In this document: in pieces, positions 1-9,900 of the stretch
Layout: each line of letters starts with the position of its first letter
How positions within the stretch are numbered: position 1 is the first letter of the stretch
Source of the DNA: Methanobacteriota archaeon
GTDB taxonomy: Archaea; Thermoplasmatota; Thermoplasmata; SG8-5; DAIRED01
Assembly (NCBI GenBank): GCA_043799545.1
Contig: JAZDNO010000026.1
Coordinates: forward strand, 76,340 to 140,339
DNA length: 64,000 nucleotides
Direction: 5' to 3'
Made by a program: the position numbers and the translations under genes
The notes under the pieces: model-generated
Told to the model about the DNA's origin: nothing
The model's input: only the letters and a program-made list of their open reading frames with translations
Databases searched by the model: none

Positions 1-19
1 GTGACGTGGAGATAGTGGC

Positions 20-772
20 TCACTCCTTCAGCCGCACGTACACGCCCGCCCCGCTTCCCCGGAACTCGAAGAAGCTCTCCTGGTCCTTGAACAGGGGGAG
101 CATCTGCCTGTACCCGTAGTCGCGCGGGTCGAAGCTGGGGTCTATCTTGCTCAGGCTCTCCCGAATCTGCGATAGGTGCGCCCAGCCGTCGTCCAGCACC
201 GCCATGTTGTAGGCTTTAATCAGGAGCTTGATGAGCTTGGCGTTCTTCGCCTTCGAGGGCTCGACGATGACCTTCGCAATCTTCTTCTCCACGGGAGTCT
301 CGGGTCCGTCCCCGCGCATCAGGTTCTCGGTGTACACGAATATCTCGCAGCTCTTCACGAAGGCGTCGGGCGTCTTGCGCTCGCCTATCCCCATCACGAA
401 GATTCCGTGTTCGCGGATGCGCGTTGCCAGGCGCGTGTAGTCCGAATCGGAAGATATTATCGCGAAGCCGTCCACCAGCTTCGAGTGCAGGAGGTCCATC
501 GCGTCTATTATGAGCGCCGAATCCGTGGCGTTCTTCCCCACGGTGTTGCGGAACTGCTGAATCGGCTGGATGGCGTGCTCGTGGAGGTACCGCTTCCAAG
601 AAGTCATCGACTGCTGGGTCCAGTCGCCGTAGATGCGCTTTATCGTGAGCGTGCCGTGGCGGCTCGTCTCCTGGATTATCTTCTCGATGAGCTTGGGCTG
701 GGCGTTGTCGCCGTCGACCAGCATGGCAATCTTGCGCTGCGGCCTCATGGCTTCGGAGGTTTTCTCGACCAT
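20..772 (-). CDS. NYN domain protein (LabA/DUF88, PIN-like) with C-terminal OST-HTH/LOTUS domain
   Basis: Motifs LVDGDN, IKRIYGDW, GKNATDSALIIDAMD, ISSDSDYTRLA and C-terminal PSFDPRDYGY. Start taken at ATG 772 (781 and 748 are alternatives). Confidence 0.9.
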   Translation of the reverse strand: MVEKTSEAMRPQRKIAMLVDGDNAQPKLIEKIIQETSRHGTLTIKRIYGDWTQQSMTSWKRYLHEHAIQPIQQFRNTVGKNATDSALIIDAMDLLHSKLVDGFAIISSDSDYTRLATRIREHGIFVMGIGERKTPDAFVKSCEIFVYTENLMRGDGPETPVEKKIAKVIVEPSKAKNAKLIKLLIKAYNMAVLDDGWAHLSQIRESLSKIDPSFDPRDYGYRQMLPLFKDQESFFEFRGSGAGVYVRLKE

Positions 773-839
773 ATGAAACACTTCTCGTCAAACGATAGCG
801 GATATTGATAGAAAAGGCTGCCGGAGCCTCGGAGCTGGG

Positions 840-1445
840 CTACCGCGTACTCCCCCCCCTGCGCTGGGTTCGCAACAATTTGTAGGCACCCCCGACCTCC
901 AGGATGATGTATTTGTACCGCTCCGAGGATGCCTCCCGGCCTATGCCGAGCCGCTCAGCATAAATATCATAATTGTGCGGCGCGTACATTTTCGCCATCG
1001 TCCGGTACGCCTTGCGCGCGGAGTCCACCGAGGTCTTCCACGGTATCGAGATGCCCAGGGAGGCAGCTTCTTGACGGATGAGCGAGTATGCGGCACGGGG
1101 CGTCAGTTCCTTGCGCTTGGCCAGTTCCAGCGTCCCGCGCAGCCCGTCGATGTCGCTTCCGATTTTATAATGGTCGATTTCCAGGTCGTTCAGCCAATTG
1201 TAGGCTCCTTCCAGTTGAGCCAGCCTTATATTCCCTTCGAGATAGCTCCTGCTGCCGCGCTTTATCTCGTCGATGCGGAACCACGGCGGCGAGGCCTGGG
1301 TTTTGGCCTTCTCTATGTCTTTCTCCACGAGCTTTATCTCCTTCTTCAGGACTGCTAGCTCCTCCTTGACTGCCCGTATCCTGGCCTCCCTGATTTTTCC
1401 GAGGCCTTCCTTGCCGACGAGGATTATCTCCGTTCCCTTCGCCAC
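840..1445 (-). CDS. Hypothetical protein: N-terminal coiled coil and C-terminal degenerate J-domain-like region
   Basis: 201-aa ORF with TATA-like TTTATAAT about 35 bp upstream. C-terminal SLGIS...ARKAYRTMAKMYAPHN...ERYKYII...AYKLL resembles a J domain lacking HPD. Confidence 0.6.
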   Translation of the reverse strand: MAKGTEIILVGKEGLGKIREARIRAVKEELAVLKKEIKLVEKDIEKAKTQASPPWFRIDEIKRGSRSYLEGNIRLAQLEGAYNWLNDLEIDHYKIGSDIDGLRGTLELAKRKELTPRAAYSLIRQEAASLGISIPWKTSVDSARKAYRTMAKMYAPHNYDIYAERLGIGREASSERYKYIILEVGGAYKLLRTQRRGGSTR

Positions 1446-1508
1446 GATTCTCCCTTCGGGTAATTGTCTTGGAGATTATAAAATGATTATCGCGGGAGAA
1501 GATGCCGC

Positions 1509-2033
1509 TCAGATATCCAGTATCATGTGTATGTCTTCCGGCTCCTTGGCGAAGAGCCCTGGATCGGGCTTCTCCGCCAGGCGCGCCCCCTTCGAGAGAT
1601 AGAAGCCTACGGCGGACTCGGACGGCGTCGCGGAGATGTAGAGGCGCTTCCGGCTGCGCATCCTGGCCTGCCTCACGCACTCTGCCACGAGCGCGGAAGC
1701 CACGCCCTTGCGCCTCTGGGCTCTCGACACATGTAGAAAAACCAGCTGCGCGGTCTTGGGGTCGCCCCCGACGGGCCTGTTTCCCAGAACGGCCAGGCCG
1801 AGAAATTCTTCGCCCTCGAACGCGCCCAGAAGCACTCCGCCATGGGAGAGCTCGTACTCCTGCCAGGCGATGTGGGAGGCGCACTGCGCCTCGGTCCACT
1901 GTTGGACATCGATGCGCTTGCTTTCCTTCACCAGCCGCCCACCTACGCTCCGGTGCAGCGCGCGGACATCCTCCGTCCTGTCGATGTCGCGGATGCGAGC
2001 CAGCTCGTCCCGCCCCATGACGCGGACGTTCAT
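1509..2033 (-). CDS. GNAT family N-acetyltransferase
   Basis: Acetyl-CoA motif FLHVSRAQRRKGVASALV and SAVGFYLSKG. The real start is MNVRV at 2033, overlapping the upstream stop (ATGA); the longer ORF-track extension is spurious. Confidence 0.88.
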   Translation of the reverse strand: MNVRVMGRDELARIRDIDRTEDVRALHRSVGGRLVKESKRIDVQQWTEAQCASHIAWQEYELSHGGVLLGAFEGEEFLGLAVLGNRPVGGDPKTAQLVFLHVSRAQRRKGVASALVAECVRQARMRSRKRLYISATPSESAVGFYLSKGARLAEKPDPGLFAKEPEDIHMILDI

Positions 2034-3391
2034 TCTGCAGGCCCCATCTGTTTCAACACGAGCTCGTCGGCGAGCGCGAGGAACTCGTCCTCCTTGCCAG
2101 ACGGCACGTTCGCGCCAGAAGCCACGTTGTGACCCCCTCCGCGGCCGCCTAGATTCTCTGCGAGCGCGCAGACCTTCCCCAGGTGCAGGCCGCGCGCCAC
2201 CATCGCCCTGTTGCCCCTGGCAGATATCGAGGTTTCGCCGCCGTCCGGGCTGATTGCGAAAACCGGTTTGTCCTTTCGGAGTATGAACTGGATTCCGAGC
2301 CCCGCCTCGCTTCCCGCGAACGTCGCCCCCTCGGTGCGGAAGTACTGGATTGCCTTCAGCTCCTTCGCCCCCTCGCGCTCCAGCCTCACCAGCCCGTCCT
2401 TGAGCCGCGAGCGGTACGCCTTGCGGAGGATTTTCGCCTTTTCCAAGGACGCCAGGTCGCCCAGGCACGCCCCCAGGCCGACTTCAGGCTCGTCCATCCG
2501 CCCGGAGGCGTTCACGAGCGCGGAAAGCTCCGCTGCGTCCATCCCCAGCTTGGGGCAGGCGAACCGCGGGGCCGTGAACTCGGCGACGCTCTCGGGATGG
2601 ACGTTCGATTCAAGCAGCCGCAGGGTGAGGAGCGAGGCCAGCAGCCTCATGCTCTCCCCCTCCAAATCCTTTGGCGCGCCGTCGTCCAACCCTGACTCGG
2701 AAAGGAACTTCGACGCGGCAGCCGGATTCCCTGTCAGTCCCAGAAAGTACGGGTTTATGGAATCGGCTATTCCCTTGGAAATCGTCGCGCCGCGCAGGGA
2801 TATGCCTTTTTCCTGGACCACGCTTCCGCCCTCGATGGAGTGAGCGACCAGCGCGGCGTTGACCCCCTTGAAACCGCCGAGCGACTGCTTGTCGCCGATT
2901 ATACCGGCGAGCGCGTAGGGGAAGAGGTCTGCGTTGCAAATGTCAAGCTCATAGGCGAACGCATATGCCAGGCTCGCCGCGCAGAGCTCCGTCGCGCCGT
3001 CGACGCCGAAGAAATGGGGGTTCACCTGGACTACCCGCTCGGACTCGCGCTTCGGAGCGTGATGGTCCAGTACGATGACGTTGCCAGGGAGCCTTTCCAC
3101 GAGGTCTATCTGCGCGCTGCCAGCGTCCGAGATGATTGTCAGCGCGTTTCCTTCTGCCGAGAGAGCCTCGAAGAACGGGGCGTCGAACTTCCTCGCCAGC
3201 GTGGCGTGGAACTGCGCCCCCCGCCTGTGCAAGGCCCTGCAGAGCACGCCAGCGGCCGAGATGCCGTCGGCATCGTAATGCGAAACCACGCGCACGAAGG
3301 GGGCGCCCCCCCGCACGAGTTCTGCAGCGGTCTTGACCCGCTTTGCCATCTCGGGCGGGAGCCCATGCATCGTGGCGCTCTTAACGGACAT
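2030..3391 (-). CDS. DHH family phosphoesterase, RecJ/GAN (Cdc45-like) with DHHA1 domain
   Basis: SHYDADG, ISDAGS, LDHH, ISARG and GGGHNVASG motifs; directly downstream of rps15 as in many archaea. Confidence 0.92.
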   Translation of the reverse strand: MSVKSATMHGLPPEMAKRVKTAAELVRGGAPFVRVVSHYDADGISAAGVLCRALHRRGAQFHATLARKFDAPFFEALSAEGNALTIISDAGSAQIDLVERLPGNVIVLDHHAPKRESERVVQVNPHFFGVDGATELCAASLAYAFAYELDICNADLFPYALAGIIGDKQSLGGFKGVNAALVAHSIEGGSVVQEKGISLRGATISKGIADSINPYFLGLTGNPAAASKFLSESGLDDGAPKDLEGESMRLLASLLTLRLLESNVHPESVAEFTAPRFACPKLGMDAAELSALVNASGRMDEPEVGLGACLGDLASLEKAKILRKAYRSRLKDGLVRLEREGAKELKAIQYFRTEGATFAGSEAGLGIQFILRKDKPVFAISPDGGETSISARGNRAMVARGLHLGKVCALAENLGGRGGGHNVASGANVPSGKEDEFLALADELVLKQMGPAE

Positions 3392-3395
3392 GGCC

Positions 3396-3854
3396 TCAGC
3401 GGCTCAGCTGAATCTCCGCGGTGGCCAGGGAATAAGTCCAGCCCTCGGGCAGCACTTCGTTCCGCCTGTAATAAGTGACGAGGCGCCTGATTCTGGCCTC
3501 TATGAGATGCAGGCCGCGCTTGTTGTGCGTGTCCTTTGGATTCTCCACTATGTGAACGTTCAGCTCGACGGCGCGCCGCATCAGCGCCGCCAAGTCTTCC
3601 GGCAGGCTCGGCTTCACGCCCCTGGCTGTCAAAATCTGGGTGACGGACTTGCCCGTGGCCAGCATAACGTCGGGGACTCCGAACTGGTCCCTGAGCTTTA
3701 GGCCAATCATGGGCGCGGCCATCCCCTCGTTCGCCAACTGGACTATTTTTTCCTCTATCTCCGCAGCGTCGAGCGGCACCCACTCTGGGTTCTCGCTTAT
3801 GTTCGGGCGCTTCGAGCTCGACCGGCCCTTTCTCTTCGAATGCATTCTAGACAT
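3396..3854 (-). CDS. rps15: 30S ribosomal protein S15 (uS15)
   Basis: MSRMHSKRKGRSSS...LRDQFGVPDV...LPEDLAALMRRA...RGLHLIEARIRRLVTYY. SD GGAGGT lies 6 nt before ATG 3854. Confidence 0.97.
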   Translation of the reverse strand: MSRMHSKRKGRSSSKRPNISENPEWVPLDAAEIEEKIVQLANEGMAAPMIGLKLRDQFGVPDVMLATGKSVTQILTARGVKPSLPEDLAALMRRAVELNVHIVENPKDTHNKRGLHLIEARIRRLVTYYRRNEVLPEGWTYSLATAEIQLSR

Positions 3855-3899
3855 GTTCATACCTCCAGTGGCGAAGGTGAAATTCCCGATACAGTTACT

Positions 3900-3908
3900 C
3901 CTATATAA
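3900..3908 (-). promoter_or_regulatory. TATA box for rps15-DHH-GNAT operon
   Basis: TTATATAG on the minus strand about 45 bp upstream of the start, in a short AT-rich intergenic gap. Confidence 0.6.
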
Positions 3909-3917
3909 TATTGCATG

Positions 3918-6900
3918 TCACCAGTCGACGGTCCAAACTGCATCCGCAGGCACGTAGACCCAATACGCGGTGCAGCGCTTGAGGATCAATCCGTACGCCA
4001 GCGTCGTCACCAGGTATTCAGCAGCCGGGTCGAACCCCTCCAAAATCGTCGCCCCGGTATCCGTCCTGAATTCCACAGTGGAGTAGAAGCTGTCGTTCGC
4101 TGATGGATAACCCACGAGGTTCCAGCCGGCACGGAGCTCTATCGTCGTCGAGCCGGGAGGCAGCCCACACACTCTGAGAGTGCACGCGTCGGAAACCCTC
4201 AGCCAGAATCCAACCCGGTGGTCCAGCTTCGTCAGGTCGTTCATCGATGCCGACCATCCAGTGAAATACTGCTTCCAGCGGTTCCAGGGATTGCCCGGGT
4301 CCCAGGCCATCACATGGTCCCATTTCCCCTTGATTGACGACAACGCGGACTCCACGGACTCGTTGAGCTGGACCAAGGGCAACGAGACGAGGTTCCAGCC
4401 CTTGTCTAGGGGTATGTCGACGAAGGTGACTGCTGTGAAGCTCCAGGAGCGGTCCATGAGGTTTCCGGCCGGGTCGCGGGCGACTATGCGGCAGCGCACG
4501 ACGTCGCCTACGGAGAAACCCGCCGCGTGCCAGTAGCTGACGTTGTATCCTCCGGAGACAGGGGCGAGATCGTAGAAGACTGCGTAACCCTGGACGTAGA
4601 GCCTAATGCTAGATTGCACAACTCCCGAGACGTCTGTGACTTGGACGGATATCACCGGGCTCAAATCGGTGTAGCCCTCCCCGGGGGCGGGCCACTCGCG
4701 CGATGCCGAAGGCGGATATATATCCGACTCGGTGATGAAATTCCATCCGTACGCGCCCATTGAGTTCCCGGCGACGTCCTCGATGCCGGCCTCGATGTGC
4801 GCCGCGTATGCCCTGGATGGCAGCAGCTGCTCCCCGGGGACGAAAACCATCGTCGCGCCGTCCGCCCAGTAGAACTCTCCAGAAACCGGGGGATCGAACC
4901 ACAGCGCCATCTCCGCGCCCACCTTGCGGACTGGCTCGTTGAAACGCACCGTTATGTTGGAGAAAACCCCCACTCTGGCCTCGCCATCGAATGGGTCGGT
5001 CCAGAGAATCACGGGCGCGCTCAAGTCCGCTGTGAAGTTCCAGTAGAAATCCGCGAAATTCCCATACATGTCGGTCGCCGCGATGCGGCACCTGATTACC
5101 TGGCCATCATTGGCTCCGACCTCGTAGAAGTAGGACACGTTGTAGCCGTCGGTCACCGCGCTGAGGTTGTAGTACACCCTGTACCCGTCGACGTACAGCT
5201 TGATGGAGCTTGCATCGATTCCATACGGGTCTATCGCGAGGATTGAAATCGTTGGGTATGGCGCGTTGACGAAGCTGTCCGGCGCGGGACTGGCCTCCAA
5301 AAAGGTCGGGGGAGTGCGGTCCGTGGAGAAGATTTCCAGGTGGCTCTCCGCCATGGGGACCAGCCTCGGGTTCAGGTCGAATTTCGCCCCGAGGTAATCG
5401 ACACGGGCCAGCGTTTCGTTCTCCCACGCGCCCGTGGAGTTGTGCATGCGGTCCGTGACCCGGCTCCAGTCCAGGCGGCCGTCCTCGGATGTGAGCGAGT
5501 CCAGGGCGAGGGTCCCGGAGTCGTAGGCGCGGACGCGCGCGCCTGCCAGCGGGCTGCCTTCCTTGTCCTCTGCCAGAACGTGGAGGAAGTTCCTCACCGT
5601 GACGTTCGACCGCGCGTCCGAGAACGCAAAATCGCCGTCGAAGGTGCAGTTGAGAAGCTCCGGATTTGAGCCGCCAGCGGCATTGATCTCTGTGCCGGGA
5701 AGAGCCAGCGTAGCGTTGACCAAACGGAAGTCCGAGTCCCAGCAATAGACGCCGGCGGCTCCGTCGCCCGTGAAAGTCGTCCTCTCCGCCAGACCTGGCA
5801 CCTCGTAGGTGAGTTCCAGCCCCGAAAGCCTCACGCGCCCCGTGGAGGAGCTTCCGATGCGGATGGGCACGGTCGTCTCTGCGTCACTTTCCGAGTTCCG
5901 CACAAATCCGGCGAACGCCTTGGCCAGGACTGTGCCGTTCATTCGGACTGTGGATGTGAACTCTCCCGCGCGGGCCCACTCGGCAGAACCGTCGTCCCCG
6001 ATGTCTACCCATGGATTCGTCGGGAAACCGGCGTAGCGCTGGTCGTAGACCCAAATGTCGCCGCCTCCGCTCTTGTTGACCCACGCCACGCGGGGGCCGT
6101 TGGCGACGGGCCACGAGTCGCCTCCCGTCTCCCTTTCCAGCGTCTCCGTCGTGCCGGTCGTGATGTTGTGCATCATCACGCTCCATCCCTCTATCGTGGC
6201 TGGCAAGGAGTCGTCGAGGGTCCTGTCGTGCCAGTACCAGACAACCTTGTCGCCGCTCAGGTCCGGGGCGAAGCTCGCCTGCCCGTCGAATGTGAGCCGG
6301 CGCTCCTCCTCGGTCGAGAGGTTGTACAGATATATATCCCACTCTTTCCAGCCATCCAGGTTGGTGTCCCCCTTTCGGTCGTCCTGGTACGCGAGCCAGT
6401 CTCCCCAGAGTGTCGGCAGGCACTGCTGCGACGGCAGCGCCTGGACAAGCTTGTCCTCGCCTGTCGTTAGGTTGTACAAATGGATGTCCGCCAATTCATA
6501 GTATGGGTTCCCCTCGTAATCGTGCCAGACGACCTCGTCCCCGTGTATGTCCGGGTTGATGTTGTAGCGCGAGTTGTTAGAGAGCTGTTCCGCCCCCCCG
6601 GATAAATTTCCTGCGAATATCTTCTGTTTGCCGTCGATTGCGGACCAAGCCAGGCGGTCCCCCCAAATGGACGGCTGCAAGTCCATCGACGCGCCTGGAA
6701 CGGCAGGCCAGGTCGTTCCGTTCGAGAGGTCGTGCGCCATGATGTCGTACCCGGCCGCAGCGTCCCACCTCGTCCAGACGATCGTAGTCCCCCATATGGC
6801 TGGGTCGTAGTCAAGCGTTGCGCCGTCCGTTATCACGGTTACCGCGGGGTCGGGGTCCAGGTGCGGGTATTCCATGTAGTTGAAGATGCCGTCGCCGTCC

Positions 6901-9900
6901 GTGTCCGCGGTCAGGTTGTACGCGCGAATAGCCCACACGCCGCCCCTCTTGTCCGCGTAGGCGACCGTGTCGCCCCAGACGGCCGGGCTGAACTGGAGGG
7001 CGCTGTCGGACGTCATCGCCGACTTCTTCAGGTCGACTCCCGTGACTGCCATCGAGGCGCCGAGAATCCGCGCCCTCTCGGGAAGCGTGACCGAATTCTT
7101 CGCGCGCGACCCTCCGCCTATGAAGGACTCCATTGCATCCTCCAGCCCGTTCGAGAACGACTTGACGGAGCGCACGTACATGCCGTTGGAATAGATGCCG
7201 TACTGGTTCCCGTCGAAAGAGCCCCCCGTGAGATGCGGGGCCGAGTTGTACGAATACAGGCCGTAGTAGTTCGAAACCGCCGTCAGGTTCTGAATCATCG
7301 GGGCCGAGTCGTCGAGGCGCACGCCGACCTGGTTTCCGCGCGCCTCCACCCCCCGCACAACGGCGCCGCAGTTGGCCAGATACAGACCGCTCCCGGTGTT
7401 TCCTGTGAAAAGCGATTCGGCCACTGCGACATCCGACTCCTTGATCCAGCAGCCATCCGAGTTCCCGCTGATGTCCGCCCCGGTGATGTTGCCGCGCGAG
7501 CCGTCGTTGATGGACAACCCATAGAGGTTCGCGCGCGCCTTCGCCCCGGAAATCTCCAGCGCGCAATTCGACGCCAGCGTGCCGGAATCCGCGCAGTTGT
7601 CCGCGCTTGCGTTTTCCATTGTGATGCGGGAGTCGTAGGCTTCGATTCCGTCGCGGCAATAGGAGATGTTGGAGTTCGCCAGCGTCACCTCACCCGAGAC
7701 TGAATAGATTCCCGCGGAGAACGATTCGTGGACGTCGGTGCGGCTGATGTCGGCCCTGCCGTAGACGTTGACGGGAACCCACGCGAGCTCAGAACCGCTC
7801 ACGGTGAGGTTCGCCCCCGGCGAGACTGTCACAGGGACCGACAGCGGCCTGCCAGGAGATCTTGACTGCGTCGGGGCTGCGCGGCATCCTTCGAGTGTTA
7901 TGTCCCCCATGTACGCCCAAAGGCCGTACGAAACCTGAGGCGTGCTCCAGAGAAGCAGGTCGCACGATTCGATGTCCAGGTTTCCTCCCTCCATGACCTT
8001 CACGTCGCCCTTCACCACGATTGTCTCGTTGGCGTGCCGCTCGTCGCCCCAGACCTCCCTGTCGGCGCCCCACACCAGGCAGTTGTCCGAATCTGGAAGT
8101 TCAAGGGCATAATTAAATCCCTGAGATAGAGCGAGGTCAACAGAAGCGAGCCTCGATGCGTTTGCCTCCGCTAAAATGGCGGTCACTTTAACCGGTTGAG
8201 GGCTCTCATAGCCTGTGGCCGTAACCCTGTGGTCGCAATACGCCATCCACCCAGTCGAGCCGTTCGTTCCCGAGGTGGCGCTGTAGAAGCCCGCGCCAAG
8301 CGAGACGAGCGCGCCAGCTGCCGGCAAACCAGATTCTGTCACATTGAACCGCGCGAACCCGCCTACGTTGACGTACGAAGATTCTGGCACGAGCAGCTTC
8401 TCCTCGGAAAAGACGCAGTTCAGCAAGGCGGGCCTCGAACCCCGAGCCGGAACGGCGTCCCACGTGTTGGACAGGGTCGAATTCGCGAGCACCGGCGCGG
8501 CGGAGCTGGACGATAGGCCGATGGCGTTGCCTACCAGTTCGCATCCCTCGGCCCATAAATTCGCGCTCCCGTCGGCGATTCCGACGTTGTTTCCCACAAT
8601 CGTGCAAGCCTCGAGGCGGACCTTTCCGCCCTGGAAATCCATGCCTATGCCGTCGCACCCCCCCGTTCTGGTTCCGAGCAATGCGACGTCGCAGGACGAC
8701 GACGCCAAGCCGTTGTCGCAATCGGCGAACAAGGAATGCTCGTCCAGGTAGCTCGAATCCGATGCGAAAACTCCGTAGCTGGCATTTCGCACGGTCAGGT
8801 TGTAGGTCTCGACCACCGAGCCATATGCGGAAAATCCGTTGCCTGCGAGGTTGTCAAATCGGCAATCCGCGAGGGTCAGCTCCGTCCCGTAGGCTGCGAC
8901 GCCGGACTTGGACAGGAATACCGAGAACGCCCCGGGCGAGCACGACGCGCCTTCGAAGGTCAGGGCGTCGGCCTTGGCGTGCAGGAACGAAGTTCCAGCG
9001 GCGTCGAAATCGCCAGTCTTCACAGAAGCCCCGTTCGAGCTGACGATGCTTGAATTCCGGATGCTGGCTGAGGAGCCTGACGCGAAGAGAAGCGCGTATC
9101 CGGCGCTCTGCAGCGGGCGCGGGCTCCAGACGCTTAGGATGCGGCATCCTTCGGCGCGCACGCTCCCTCCAGCGTAAGTGTGGAGTCCGGCGTTTGCCTC
9201 CTCGGACGCGTCGAAGAGAAGGGTCACGTTGTCGAGGGAAAGGTTTCCGAACTCGGAGACGTCCAGTTCGCGCGAGAGGATGTACGTGGCGTTTGCCAGC
9301 GCAACGGAATCTGTGATGTTGATTGCTTGGTTGAAGTACTCGATTTCCAGCGACACTGAGGTCGCGACGACGGCCGAACCGTTTAGCGGCGACGAGCCTG
9401 CTTCCGTCCAGCCGCCGTAATCGACGTATGCGTATGCGGTTCCGCCCGAACGGTTCGAAACGCCCCCGGATGTGACTAGCTGGATTCTCTCGATTGCGAC
9501 GGCCGTCCCATCCTCGGAGGCGCGACCGGACCACGACGCGAGCCCTTCGGAATCTATCAGGGACACCTTCGCGCCATCGGCTGGATAACCCGATTCGTTG
9601 AAAACCGACACTGGTGAATACCGTCCTACGGAGATGTGCTGTCCGTTGCCCACGATCGTCCTCGATGACGAGAAAGTGGTGTTGACCAGCCCCGGAAATG
9701 AATTCCAGTCCGCCTGCACGTCGACTCCCCCAACAATCGACGAATCGTATATCAAGGGGGAAGCTTCCCAGCAGTAAACGGCTGTGCCAGCGATTCCTGA
9801 GATTTGAAGCCCTCCGATTTCCGGGTTGGAGTATGAGAGATATATCCCCCCGTAACCCCCGAGGATGCTCATCCCCGAAATCTGGAGGTTCGCAAACTGC

